Positions 26,778 through 40,195 of a DNA stretch of 64,000 nucleotides are shown in pieces. Source of the DNA: Octopus sinensis (lineage: Eukaryota); contig NC_043000.1 of assembly GCF_006345805.1 (NCBI RefSeq), forward strand, positions 105,400,001-105,464,000, given 5' to 3'. The first letter of the stretch is position 1. Every line of letters starts with the position of its first letter. The position numbers and the translations under genes were made by a program. The notes under the pieces were generated by a model. It ran no database searches, had not been told where the DNA came from, and worked only from the letters and a program-made list of their open reading frames with translations.

Positions 26778-27358
26778 AGGTATAAGGACTTGCTGAAGGC
26801 TTCCTTACGAGATACTTGCATCTCTCCTGACACATGGGAAGGCATAGCTATTGATCGTAGCAGGTGGAAAAGGATTGTGCATGAGGGGACAGCCACTTTT
26901 GAGAAATCTCGAGTTGCACATGAGAAAGTAAGGAGGGATGTCAGGAAGGGCATCGCTGTTACACTTCCAGAAGGGAAGGGTCTTCCTTTGATGCTGACAT
27001 GCAATGTCTGTGCAAGACCTGCCTCAGTAAAGCTTGACTCAAGGTCATCTTCGTAGTCATAAAACGAGACAGATGAGTGACAACCTGGCCACTGGTGGTG
27101 GTGTAACACACCATACTAATCATTTCTGTCGGGCATGTGGAAGAGAGTTTAATTCGGCAGGAGGACTTAAATGACATGCAAGGGTATATGAAGCCCAGTT
27201 ACAATTACAGCCGGCTATTACCAGTAAAGGTTTTAGTTGCCAATTTTGTACAAGACATTGTAGATCTTTAGCTGGGCTAAAAAGTCACATTCGATCACAG
27301 CACCAGTAACAGTTAAGCATCGTGTAATGGCCATACTCGATAACGAGGGGGCAGCCAT
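26778..27358 (+). mobile_element. RTE-type LINE 3' fragment with three C-terminal C2H2 zinc fingers
   Basis: RYKDLLKASL..I..DTWE.IA.DRSRW; CNVC..HLRSH, CRAC..GLK*H, CQFC..GLKSHIRSQH*; RTE-like 3' end atggccatactcgataacgaggggg. Confidence 0.85.
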
Positions 27359-27928
27359 AATGTATATATGCAATATATAAAAAAATCTTATAAAAAAAAA
27401 CAGAGTTTGTGTGTATGTGCGCGCGCACGATGTGTGTGCGTATGTTAGTAATGGATTTTAAAACTGAGTTGCCGATTTTGATGTATGAGGTATCAAACGA
27501 TTCAGTAATCTTTCGGCTACCAAATAATGTATGTTTGTGGCACAACAACTCTTTTTTACTACAAAAGTAATCTTGAAAACTAGGTCGGGTTGCACAATTT
27601 TGAGGTCTTTAGCTAAGGGAGGCAACTCTGCCTGAACATTTTTTTTGTCTTACAGCATAATGAGAAAATGTTTTATCAGGGAATGAAACATAGAAGATAT
27701 ACCGTCAACGTTATTAGTATTATTTAGTGGATAATCTTTTAATATGAAGTATGTTTGTCTGTGTTTTGTTTAGCCCAGAGTTGCCGCTGATGTAGCAGAC
27801 CCATCGCATACGCTTTTTTTGTTTGTTTTCTTCCTGAAATACTGTAAATCTGTGACTTTCTTTTGACGAAAGGGTGTGATTTATGAGCGATTTGGCTGTT
27901 ATTTGTAGTCGCTCAAATTACCTCCAGA

Positions 27929-28012
<84 letters not shown>

Positions 28013-29156
28013 GTTGTCTTGTAGTGAAAAATTCTTTTTCTCAGAATATTTTGTACAATAATTTTTTAAGAAATCTGTATATCTTCCTTACTGCTAATCA
28101 TTCAACTTCAAATTACAGTTGTTAATTGTTGGAAGTGAAGTAAACTGAGATGTACATCGCATAGAGTTGAAGTTCAATATGAAATTTTCAACTCATTATC
28201 TTACGGTTAGTAATCCAGCCATTAAGTCTTTAAACATTATTTTACTGGGTTGTCTTTCCACTTTAGCAATAATGGAGTATCACCTTCAAAGATTTAATTG
28301 ATCATACTGACCTCAATACGTATTTCAATCTGGCATTTATTTTATAGATCTCTGCTTTATGAATTTTGAGACATAGTGGGCCACAATACCTTATTTAGCA
28401 ACAAATGTAAACACACACACACACACACACACACACACGTATGTATGTATGTATTTCAAAGATTAAAAAACAATAAAAACAGAGGCAGTAGGCTGATCAG
28501 TCCAAATTTGTTTCGCTGTTATTTGACTTCAGAGGAGCATAGTCTAACCTGTACTGAAATAGATTGAGATATGAGACTTAAATACTTATGGCTATAGAAC
28601 ACAGCACAGGACATTAACAGAACGTGAAATATGGTTGATATAGTTTCTCCTTTGGTTAACTCTGATCCATCACCCTTATGAGTTTTCAGAGAGTCTCAAA
28701 GACTATATTAACTGACGTGTCTTTCCTCATTCTAAACACTAGAGGTGTTTTGAGAGAGATATGACTGCAGTTTTTAGCAGATTGAATGATCACATAGATC
28801 CTCCCTCCCTAGTTCGGCTCTCTTGCTGCTTCGAACCGTTGATCTCTCAGTTCGGAATCTATTGAATTGTGTTGTTCGCCACCACGACTCTACTACATTC
28901 AGCTGACAGAGCAAAATGAAAGACACGAATATAGGAGAATCAAGAAACCCACGGAAAGTTTACAATGCCCTTTACTTTTTACTTCTTTTAGCCATGCTGG
29001 GGTGCCCTTCTGAAGGGCTTTATCGAACAAATTGCACACAGTTTATAAACATCTAATTATTGAAGTGGAAAAATTATTAGAAAGGCCATTTCTATTCATT
29101 TTTCATATATATATATTATATATATATATATATATTATATATATATATAATATATA

Positions 29157-29192
<36 letters not shown>

Positions 29193-30269
29193 TGTATGTA
29201 TGTATGTATGTATGCATGTATGTATGTATGTATGTATGTATGTATGTATGTATATGTATTTCTTTCATTTTTCGCCTTCCAGTTTCACTCACAAAGTTTT
29301 GGTCAGCCCAGGGCTATGATGACTCTTATCCACGATTCCACGCACAAGACTTGAACCCGAAACCATGTGGTTGGAAAGCAACCTTCTTACCACGCAATCT
29401 GAATCTTTCTTTATGATGTAGAGGCCAACAAAAGCAGCAACAACGTTATGAAAACCTACGGAGCTCCTATTTAGTTACTCAAGGAGCTAGATATAGTCAG
29501 AAAAACGAGAAAAATGTATTTGATAATGGTAGTCTCAAATAGGTAATATCATAGGGAGTCAAAAATAAAACTTCCAATAACAGCAACAACCATAAAGACA
29601 AACTCAATAACCTTCTCAACGCAAAGCAAAATACAATGACGATAATACCATTAGTAATCATTGCTACTATCATGAATGACACTACAAGAACTACAAGAAC
29701 GTCAACATCAACCGCATAATGACAGAAACAACAACACCGTGATTAGCAACAGTAACAGCAGCAACAGAAAGAACAACATTATTAACGACAAAAAGACAAG
29801 CAGACGGCATTGAAGACAACTAATATAGCTACGAGACAAATTGGGCTTAATTAGTAAATTTATAGTGCACTGTACATTACACAGCGTTTTGGGGTAATTT
29901 CAACTGTAGACTGTAACTTTCTTAAATACATGTTATATACATACGTACATGTATACACAGACATATATATGCATGCATGCATACACACACAGACTGACAG
30001 ACAAATATACATACACATACTTATACCATGCAATGAGACTCTAGGCTTTTGAGTTACCTACGTCGCTTTAACATATAAATAGATAAATAAATAGATAAAT
30101 TGTACTTGATGTACTTAGCTCTATTTCTTCCATTTGTATTACCAAGTCTTGTGAAGATGCGTGGCCTAACGGTTAGGACTATTAAGCTTAAGATCATAAA
30201 GTCGTGAGTTCAATTCCTGGACAGATGTTCCGGGATTCTACAGTTACAGGATCTTTCGGTGTGAAGGCG

Positions 30270-30900
30270 GGTATTCCTAATGTTGATGTTGATAGTCATA
30301 TGGTGAGTGAAAACCATCGATCCTATATTGGGGAGGCAACTATAGCTAACTTTGGCTGTATTTCTATTTATGTCAATGTGGGAAGTGGGTATCTATGAGT
30401 TTCAAAAACTCCCTAGCTGTATTCGTAACAACATTCACACTGTATGGAGGATTATGCAATAATATTTCCACTGTCTACGTCTTTTTAGCTTATCTATGTT
30501 TGATTCAATATAGGTTATACTATTTTTTAAACTGGACCTTTCTAATGCAACGTTGTAATATGGAGCGGCCTTCTTAAAATGGTTTCATCAGCGGATAGGT
30601 CGGAAATACACCGACTAATACTGTTAACTAATTGTTTGATTATTGAGAGTGGGCGGTTAGAGCATCTGTCAATGTAGGCGGTGTCCTCTTTTGGTTTATT
30701 GTAGGGTTTAAATTTGTCTATACTAAGATTCATATTCATGTTTAGGAAATTAACTTCTTCGCGGTTAAATGTTATTTTATAGGTTAAATTGTCTAAATGT
30801 TTTGCATAATTTTTTTCTTTATCTTATCCATACCACGTACATTTTTGGTATGTACTACTCCTAGACCGTCGTCCCTATATAATCTTATGCTGGAGTCTTT
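30270..30900 (-). mobile_element. Penelope-like reverse transcriptase fragment
   Basis: LYRDDGLG, KPYNKPKEDTAYID..SNRP..IIKQL..SIS..ISDLS, PPYSVNVVTN..FLKLIDTHFP, NRNTAKVSYSCLPNI. Confidence 0.9.
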
Positions 30901-31009
30901 TATTTCGTTTTTGAGAATGTATTATATATATAAAGCACTAGATCAGGTGAATAATTCAGAGCTGGTATCTGAACTGATACATCTTTACCTAATATTCAAT
31001 AAATTCGTA

Positions 31010-32687
31010 TTTCTGATGGTGTCTACAATATAGACGAAACTGCACTGTACTAGAGAATCTATCAAAATAATACTCATAGTGAAGAAGATAAGCGAAAGCA
31101 AAAAATGCAGAATCAGAGTTGCATTTATGAGAAAATTATTAGTAGGTAGACATTTTCGGTTACCTATAAAGGATAGTAGGACGCTTGGATGTCTAAAGAG
31201 ATATTTAGAATTCCACAAAGAGATGACTCAGAAAAATAGAAAAGTTGTATGGCATGTTGACTATTGTACTATCTACACAACAGTTACAAACTATTAACAA
31301 ATCAATTTGGTTTATGCTTCTTCCAACAAACAGAATATTGGTTGCAACCAAAGCATTATCAAGGATTTGAAATCATTTTATTGAGGTCCTTTCTCAGAAA
31401 ACTGATTCATCGCTAAAGGACATCCAATAAATAACCTTGTTAAGAAAATCTCATGACAGCATGTTACTCCAGCTTGTAGCCGCAAAATTCGAGTAACTCT
31501 CTAAAGGTTCTCATGGTCATTAATTGTTCCCGAAAGGCTGGTTTACCACTGTGGCTTCTCCCTCCGCTGAAGAAGACGTGTAGCCTCTCTTGCAGTGGTA
31601 ACAGAAAATACCTGGAACTACCTTAAGTCTTTTATTAATTATCGAGCTGAAAAGAAAATTCGTTCCGTTTTTATCATGCCCAATGAAATTTTTAAAATGT
31701 AATGCTTATAGATATATTCTTCCAGTGTTGTCTATAACATCATTCCATTTTACAATGAGTTTATTAATGCCTCGTGCAAATTGGTTTCCACATTCCAAAA
31801 TTGTGGTACAAGATCATAAGTTTGTAAAGACAGCAATGATGAAGATGATGAAGAAAGATACGATGCTACTTGTCAGAACAACAGTCATTAAACTCTCTCT
31901 AACAACAATGACAAGCTTATTCGAAGAGAATAACAGAATATTTTGACAATTTTTGTGCCATTAAAGATTTATACGAATCGTATACAGTTGCAGTCAAAGA
32001 TTACAGAATTTATCAACAAGACATCATTGTGATATTTGAAATTGCATACCCCAGAATAAGAAATAACTAATTTATCAGTTTCTTGCTAAAGAAAATTGTT
32101 GTAGATCGATTAAATATATGAACTGTGAAAATTTTGTAATACATTTTCAAACCGACATTTCTTTTGTTGTGGGTATGATTATAAACTACATCCAGTAGTG
32201 GGATCCTGGGGCCCTGATTTCAGGGTTTGAGGAGTATGGAACCACCTCTTAGACACTTTTGTTCCCAGGTCGACTCTGGCCCGGAGTGGTAGCATTTGTA
32301 AAGGCCCCAGCTATGGGTTAACTAACAAACTCCACTGCGACTGGGGAGGGGTGCGGTAGAATGCTGTCACCGTATTCCCTGCGGGACGTGAGAGGCGACT
32401 AAAAGGGATGGGAGCGAAGGAACTGGGAATCCATTCCTCCTAGTAATTTCATATTCCTAAAAAGACATTTCTTTATATATTTTAAAAATAAAATAATACA
32501 AAATGCATCATTAAACATTCTTTTTTATGTCATAAATCATTAATGAGCAACAGTTTCAATACTTGTGCTGACAATATACTGAACTTTTAGAATTTGCCTT
32601 CTACACGAATTCGGTTAATTGCATACTTCAGCTAACTGCAAAAGAATTTCAGTTTCAATGTATATGCAATTAAGTGGAATCCACTAT
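31010..32687 (+). mobile_element. decayed pogo/Tigger transposase (DDE_1) with 3' TIR; interrupted
   Basis: YNIDETALY, WMSKEIF, KEMTQKNRKVVWHVDYC, QSIIKDLKSFY; terminal aattaagtggaatccac. Confidence 0.75.
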
Positions 32688-33399
32688 ATTTTCTACTGCT
32701 TCCAACCGACAATTCCAAAGAACTGATATAGCACTAAACAACAATGAGAACAAAGAAAAAAATACATTTCTGTTTGCTCTTCTAAAATAGAGGTCCTGAA
32801 AACAATCAGGGTGCGGTAATGAAAACTATTAGAATCGGCTGAGAAATTTAGGAATTTAGACTTAATGTTTAATTACAAAGCATTAATAGAAAAAAAATTA
32901 TTTATAACTACAAACGTTTATTTATTCAACTCAAAGTATAGTTTAACAAACCTTGCTTCTGTATTCAGTTCAAAGGAAACCAAAATAGAGATATGGCTAT
33001 ATAAATTGATCTAAGCATCATTTATGTCGAATTGACGCCACAGGAACACATTCTAGTGACGTCACACATAATTTTAAAAGATTGTGTAGAGTATTTGCAA
33101 GCGATTTTGATAATATTGCTATGAACACCAGATCAATAAAATTCACAGAATGATTGCCCTAAGAATATATATATATATATATATACGTATATATCAACGT
33201 TAGGGCCAATCATTTTCGGAATTTTATTGATGCATTAACTCTATGTCTGGTATGTCAGTGTGTGTACATGTATATGTATGCCTGTATATGGTATATGTCT
33301 GTACACACACACACACACATACACACATAGCATTTCCTAAAACCAATAATGGTTACGGAATTGTAAATATTTGGCAAATGACTTTAAATAATAGTTTTT

Positions 33400-33562
33400 A
33401 AAACTTTGGCACAAGGCCAGCAATTTCGGGGGAAGGAGTAAGTTGAAGGGGATGAAAGGCAAAGACAGCTTCGGCGGAATTTGAACTCAGAAGGTAAAGA
33501 CGGATGCAATGCCGCTAAGAATTTTGCCTGGTGTAATAACGACTCTACCAGCTCACTGTCCT
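33400..33562 (-). mobile_element. SINE family E (internally deleted)
   Basis: ggatgaaaggcaaag..cggcggaatttgaactcaga..ccagctcac. Confidence 0.8.
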
Positions 33563-34299
33563 CAAATGGCTTCAAATAATATGTGTCTATTATAGTTTCA
33601 ATACTAGCAGTTTCATTTCCTACGATTCTTCTATTACCATCCCCCTGTTTCTTCTCAAGGATCCCTATATTACATGAATATCCATATTTTTATGACATGC
33701 TCAATGGAGGAAGAATTGGAGGATCGTAAAGGAGAAAAGGAGAGAGAACTCACATATACAAACACACACACAAACACACACACAGGCACACACACGCGCG
33801 CACGCACACACACACACACAACACACACACACACTAACAAGCACTCAGTGTAACATAGTGTAACAAAACAGGTCCTTTCAGTTACAAATCCAGAGCATCT
33901 GACTGCCTTCCACACTTTCTGTCTAACCAAAGTCATAGGTGGACCCCAAACTATAATTAAAATTTGGGGCCTTAGATTTCATGCAGTTAAGTCGTATTTG
34001 AGAAGTCATTATTGTCTTGCCTGTTCCACTTGCTGCTATAGAAAGCAACAAATTAATATATCGAGTATGTTTGTTCAAATCAGGGTGACTTGATCTAAAT
34101 ACATGCAATAGAATGGACTCCACTAGACCTTCTGGCGCAAGGCCATGTGGCGTGTTAAACCGGGTGATGAATTAAGCCTTATACCATCCATTCAATCCAC
34201 TTTTTGAGATCATATATCGAATAAGCTTATTGTTGACGATTGCATGTAGAAAAGATATCAAAGACATCTTAATTTGTATCGAATCACGGAGGATATGCT

Positions 34300-34400
34300 G
34301 ACTGGGCTGAACAGGACTGGACAAGATTAAACAAGACTGGACATAACTGATGTGCGCTGCACAGGGCTGAACTGGGCTGGACTGGGTTGGTTCGGGCTGT
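34300..34400. repeat. degenerate 10-bp repeat (actgggctgg/acaggactgg)
   Basis: About 10 aligned decamers. Confidence 0.65.
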
Positions 34401-34722
34401 AGTGTATTAGCAAGACATGGTAAGCTTTTATTTTACAGTAGAGCAGACAAGTGATCGATGAAGTATGAAAGTGGTTTGGAGGTATTGCTGGAGTGGTAGT
34501 GTTTTAGTACAGCGTTGGCTGCAGTGGTTTAGTGCAGGCAGCAGTAGTAGTAGTAGTAGTAGTAGTAGTTGTAGTAGTAGTAGTAGTAGTAGTAGATAAA
34601 TGAGTAAAGAGATCTCTGTCGGTTTCTACGATGTGGTACGCCAGTTGTTCGTTCAATCAACCGAATTTCCCGCTCATCGTATTAACATATAGTTGACTAA
34701 ATATTCCACAGACATGCATACC

Positions 34723-34953
34723 TATTTCTTTATTACCCACAAGGGGCTAAACACAGAGGGGACAAACAAGGACAGACATAGGTATTAAGTCGATTACATC
34801 GACCCCAGTGCGTAACTGGTACTTAATTTATCGACCCCGAAAGGATGAAAGGCAAAGTCGACCTCGGCGGAATTTGAACTCACAACGTAACGACAGACGA
34901 AATACCGCTAAGCATTTCGCCCCGCGTGCTAACGTTTCCGCCAGCTCGCCGCC
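34723..34953 (-). mobile_element. young SINE family E nested in an older SINE, 19-bp TSD
   Basis: TSD ttccacagacatgcatacc at 34704-34722 and 34954-34972. Confidence 0.9.
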
Positions 34954-35291
34954 TTCCACAGACATGCATACCCTTAACTTAATTCTTGGTGGCGGGAGGA
35001 GATTCATTGTCACGCCATAATCGACAAAGCTGGCCCATTTGATTACTGGTACACTCAATCCGACTAGTCTCCACGCAATTTCTGTCCATCCAATTTCATT
35101 CATAAAGGCTGAGGTCGACCTTGGCTCTGGTAAAAGTCATTTGCCCAAAATGTCACTTGGTGGATCCGAACCCAGAACTTCTTTACTGCAAAGTGTTGCA
35201 ACTTCTTAAGCGCTCAACTATGCATGCGTCCTATAAAAGGAGTAAAGCAGCAGCAGCAGTAGTAGTTGTAGTAGTGGTGGTAGTGGTAGTG

Positions 35292-35324
<33 letters not shown>

Positions 35325-36263
35325 TGGTAGCGGTAGGAGCTGTGTGGCGGTGTCCATATTGCTGTTCTTTTATTTCGTCGAGGGAGAAAGGATAAGTCCT
35401 AAGACCTGAGTAGGCCCTCTATCTCTCCCTCCCTGACAGGTGAGATCGATGAGGTTAATGAATGAGGTATATCGATAAAATTGATCGATGCGTTTGATGT
35501 TCTGTTTGAACTCGCGTAGTTTGACGTCAATAAATAAAAACAAAAACAAAAAGAAACATGGGCAGAAGTGAAATATTGAATTTTTTTTCTCCGTTTCAAA
35601 ACTGGAGCGCGGGCATTGTACAATGTACTCAAACGTTCACGGTTCACTTCATGCGATAAACCAAGGTATGTCAGAGTACATCTTTTGGTACTGCTCACAG
35701 GGCGAGCATTGGGGTAAGCACTGTCCAGGGCCAACCTTACTATCTGCATCCCTTTATCTCTGTTACAACTGTTTGCTGAACACAGGCAGGGGCAATACAA
35801 AATAAAACAAAAACTAGGCTGGCGCCATAGGCTAGGAAAATCTATGTGGTCGCCTAGGACTCGAAAATCTGGTGGAGGAAGGGGAACCAGAAAAAGAGAA
35901 AAATTATGAAATAAATGTTTTTTAACCTTAGTCTTCGTACCCATACGTGTCAACGAATAATTGTTACAATTTTGTGGTCAATGTTTTAGCAGTCAGCAAT
36001 CGCTATGTGTATAGCGACTTTGCTCACCAACAGGTGTTTTACGCATTCAATTTTACTTCAGGTTATTTCTGTAAAATCACTTCCTTTCATGTTTGTCTTT
36101 TACATATGTGGACATGCATTACGTGGTAAGAAATTTGCATCCCAATCACACGGTTTTGGGTCCAGTCGCATAGCGTGGCACTTTGGATAAATGTCTTCCG
36201 TTATAACTCCGGACCCACCCTAGCCTTGAGTGGATTTCGTGGATTGGAACTGAAAGCAAGCCC

Positions 36264-36310
<47 letters not shown>

Positions 36311-36311
<1 letters not shown>

Positions 36312-36489
36312 CAAAATGGGACAAGAACGCAAAATATCCAGACAGTTAGGTGATACAAAAAAGGGACGATAAAACATCCAGATAGACGATACAAAGAAAA
36401 CAAGGACGGGTCATTTGGAGTTTTCTCTCCTCAGTCGAGTTCCAGATTATCTTTGCAATTTCGGCTGGTTATACTCGAGATTGCCCCAA
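36311..36489 (-). mobile_element. PLE-like remnant in (TA)n
   Basis: Complex ~180-bp insert between TA tracts; minus strand has CUGAGGA-GAG aaaa CUC-cAAA. Confidence 0.45.
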
Positions 36490-36814
36490 TATATATATAT
36501 ATATATAAAGAATAAAAGTGTGTGTATGTGTGTGTGCGTGTGCGCGTGTATATATACGTATGGGTTAGATAGGTGCTGCTGGAGGAGCAAAAACTCCTGT
36601 AAAATGGTATATACGCCCATTATCCATTTTTTCAACCTTGATCTCATTGTTTTTTACATCTGACGTCTCGGATACGAAACGTCGAAACAAAACCAGTGCT
36701 GGCTATAATTTCTATAGAATGTCTGCGGAGATGACCTTAACACACGATTTAAGTGTATCGTTAACACAGTGGTACACGGTATTGACTAATAAAAAAAACT
36801 TTTAATATACTTAT

Positions 36815-37032
36815 GGAGATGTACATGCATAGCAATTGACCTGGTCTGGGATTGTATGCTGGAACAAAAACAATTGCAGCATGAAAGGTGTTTATAAGTC
36901 ATTTAAGAAACATACAAAAACCGTTAGATTCACTTCAACATTTAATTTGCCAAGATATTTTCGTCGCTTTGAGATCGCGACCTGTTCACTGACAAAATTC
37001 CGAGCTGCACGGAATTTTGTCAGTGAACAGGT
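36815..37032 (-). mobile_element. PLE-like remnant with hammerhead and perfect 23-bp fold-back
   Basis: Inverted arms 36980-37002 / 37010-37032. Confidence 0.55.
36946..36996 (-). ncRNA. minimal type-I hammerhead-like motif with G3-C8 core
   Basis: UUUGUCA GUGAACA G GUCGC gaucucaaa GCGAC GAAA AUAU CU UGGCAAA. Confidence 0.55.
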
Positions 37033-37769
37033 ATGTGTGCGTGTCTTTGTGTTTGTATCTGTCCCGACACCGCTTGATAAACGGTGTTAGTTTGTTTACA
37101 TCCCCGTACTAGTATCGACCTGTTCGACTAAAATCTTTCAAGGCGATGCTCCAGTATGGCCGCAATCCAGTAATTGGAACAAATAAAAGGTAAAGTAAAA
37201 GAGAAAAAAATAGAAAACTGAATCACCACTAACTTTCCGAGAAGGTAAATTTATTATATCCCAGCTTGATCACAGATGAGTTGTGACTAAAAAAACAATA
37301 GACGGAACAGTAGGAAAAATTACTCTCTCCCATACTTAACAAGGCGGAGGTATTGCACCTACATCATCAATTAACTACTTATGTTCCATTGTTTACCCAA
37401 GCGCAGGGTCTCTACCTGGTCATTCCACTGGTTATTAATAACAAACGTAATCTTCCTCAAATAACATCTAGCTCTAGAATCACATTGTCCAGAGACATTG
37501 GACAATGTGATTCTCATTGAAAATAAAGACAGAGAGAACACACTTGATCATTGTTCTGCTCGATCAGAGCTGATCTGGGACGCAGGTAGGCAGGTAGGCG
37601 GGTAGGAAAGTCCAGATGATTGCAGTTTTGGTTGTTGTTTAGTCTCGAGTCAGCTCTAATGGAGCAGACATATGAATCAAAGATGTTTCAGTCATGAACC
37701 ATTCCGTTTTCTTATTCCATACGTAGTTTCTCTCAAACAATATGAAGACCCGGTATTATATTCTAAGTA

Positions 37770-38545
37770 AGGTGGCGAGCTGGCAAAATCGTTAGCACGC
37801 CGGGGTTATAATTAATATTACAGTGGCTGTTAAGGCGGTGAGCTGGCAGAATAGTTAGCACACCAAGAAAATTAGCAGCATCATTTTGTCAATCTTTACG
37901 TTCTGAGTTCAAATTCCGTCGAAGTCAACTTTGCCTTTCATCCTTTCGGGGTCGATAAAATAAGTACCAACTGAGCAGTAGGGTCGATGTAATCGTCTTA
38001 AACCCACCCTTCTTAGTGGCATTTTGTCTTTCTTTATGTTCTGAATTCAAATAACGCCGGGAGTTGACTTTACCTTTCATCCTTTCGGGATCGATAAAAC
38101 ATGTACCAGTTGATCACTGAGGTCGATGTAATTGACTTATCCCTCCCCTCGAAATGCTATCTTCGTACCAAAATTTGAAACCAGTGTAACTATAGAAATG
38201 TAATCGGGTTGATTATAGTGGTAGTGTGAAAGCCTGTGGCTTAGTGGTTAGCGTATTCGGCTCACGGTCGTAATGTCGTGAGTTCGATACACAGCGACGC
38301 AAGACACTTCAGCAAGACACTTTATTTCACGTTGTTCCAGTCCATCCAGCTGACAAAAATTATTAGGACCTGTATTTCAAAGGGCCAGCCTTGTCACATT
38401 CTGTCACGCTGAATCTCCCTGAGAATAATGTTAAGGATAGGCGTGTCTGTGGAGTGCTCAGTCACGTTCACGTTAATTTCACGAGCAGGCTGTTCCGTTG
38501 ATCGGATCAACTGGAACACTCGTCGTCATAACGAGAGGATGCCAG
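37770..38545 (+). mobile_element. cluster of SINEs (E, E, B-like)
   Basis: Repeated aaggcggtgagctggca heads; B-family body gtatttcaaagggccagccttgtcac. Confidence 0.85.
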
Positions 38546-39205
38546 TTAATAGAGGTATTGAAATGGTTGTCGGTGTCATTGAGGTTGTCATAGTGTTAAT
38601 ATAATTGAAAGAGTGTTGCGCAGTCATAATAGTATCATGGAGATTGTAGTAGTCTTATAGTACTTGTAGTGGTGATATGATGGTCGTAGGGATATTATGG
38701 TTAATTTAGCAGTGTTATGGTGACTGTAGTGGTCTTATAGTGCTTGTAGTGGTGATATTGTGAGAGTATAAGGAATAATGGTTAGAGTGTTCTACTCAAG
38801 ATCGTGAGATCGTGGTTTCAATTCCTGGACTGGGCGGTGTGTTATATTCTTGAGCAAAATACTTCAGCCCACGTTCCTCTGCGATTACTTTGACACCTCA
38901 CATATGGTAATACCGTGCACCTGTTCAAGCAACGTTGATTTGATCACTATAAACAAATCATTTGCGCAGCTTGTCCAGTATGAAACTGCAGAACCATTTT
39001 TCTCGGACCACGAGAGACTACCATACATACAATGATGATATGATGGTTGTAGCGGTCTCATGGTTTCTTTAATGGGGTCATAGTAACAATAGTAGTGTTA
39101 TAGTGCTTGGGATAGAATTTGAACACAGAACATAAAGAAACAGAAGAAATACCACTCAAGCAATTCTGCCATCTTGCTGCTTATGTGATGGTTGTAATTA
39201 ATATT

Positions 39206-39604
39206 CTTTTCTACACCTGGCACAAGGCCCGAAATTTGGGGGAAGGGGTGCAGTCCATTAGATCGACCTCAGTACGCAACGCGTACTTAATTTATCGACC
39301 CCGAAAGGATGAAAGGCACAGTCGACCTCTGCGGAATTTGAACTCAGAACGTAAAGACAGACGAAATACCTATTTCTTTACTACCCACATGGGGTTAAAC
39401 ACAGAGAGGACAAACAAGTACAGACAAAGGAATTAAGTCGATTATATCGACCCCAGTGCGTAACTGGTACTTATTTAATCGACCCCGAAAAGATGAAAAG
39501 CACAGTCGATCTCGGCGGAATTTGAACTCAGAACGTAGCGGCAGACGAAATACCGCTAAGCATTTCGCCCGTAGTGCTAACGTTTCTGCCAGCTCACCAC
39601 CTTA
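39206..39604 (-). mobile_element. composite/nested SINE E with 15-bp TSD
   Basis: TSD gttgtaattaatatt at 39191-39205 and 39605-39619; internal agacgaaatacc duplication. Confidence 0.85.
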
Positions 39605-39886
39605 GTTGTAATTAATATTACAGTGGCTGTTAAGGCGGTGAGCTGGCAGAATAGTTAGCACACCAAGAAAATTAGCAGCATCATTTTGTCAATCTTTACG
39701 TTCTGAGTTCAAATTCCGTCGAAGTCAACTTTGCCTTTCATCCTTTCGGGGTCGATAAAATAAGTACCAGCTGAGCAGTAGGGTCGGTGTAATCGTCTTA
39801 ACTCCACCCTTCCACTGAAATTGCGGACTTTGTGCCAAAATTTGAAACCAATATTATAGTGATTGTTGTAGAGCTATGGTGAATGT

Positions 39887-40195
39887 GCATGGCTACGTAG
39901 TTAGAGCGTCAGGCTCACAATTATGAGGTAGTGAGTTCGATTCCCGGACCGAGCTGTGTGTTGTGTTCACGTTGCTCCAGTTTACTCAGCTGTAGAAATG
40001 AGTTGCGACGTCACTCACTGGTGCCGGCAATTGCCTTTCTTTTGGATAACATTAGTAGCGTGGAGAGGGGAGACTGGTATGCATGAACGACTACTGGTCT
40101 TCCAGAAACAACCTTGACCAGACTTGTGTCTTGGAGGGTAACTTTCTAGGTGCAATCCCATGGTCACTCCTGACCGAAGGGGGTTCATCCATTCC
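39887..40195 (+). mobile_element. tRNA-derived SINE with 11-bp TSD
   Basis: gagttcgattccc B box; TSD atggtgaatgt at 39876-39886 and 40196-40206. Confidence 0.85.

Noticed and set aside
36657-36692. ctgacgtctcggatacgaaacgtc hammerhead-like string
   Set aside because: A9 is missing, helix II is weak and there is no helix I
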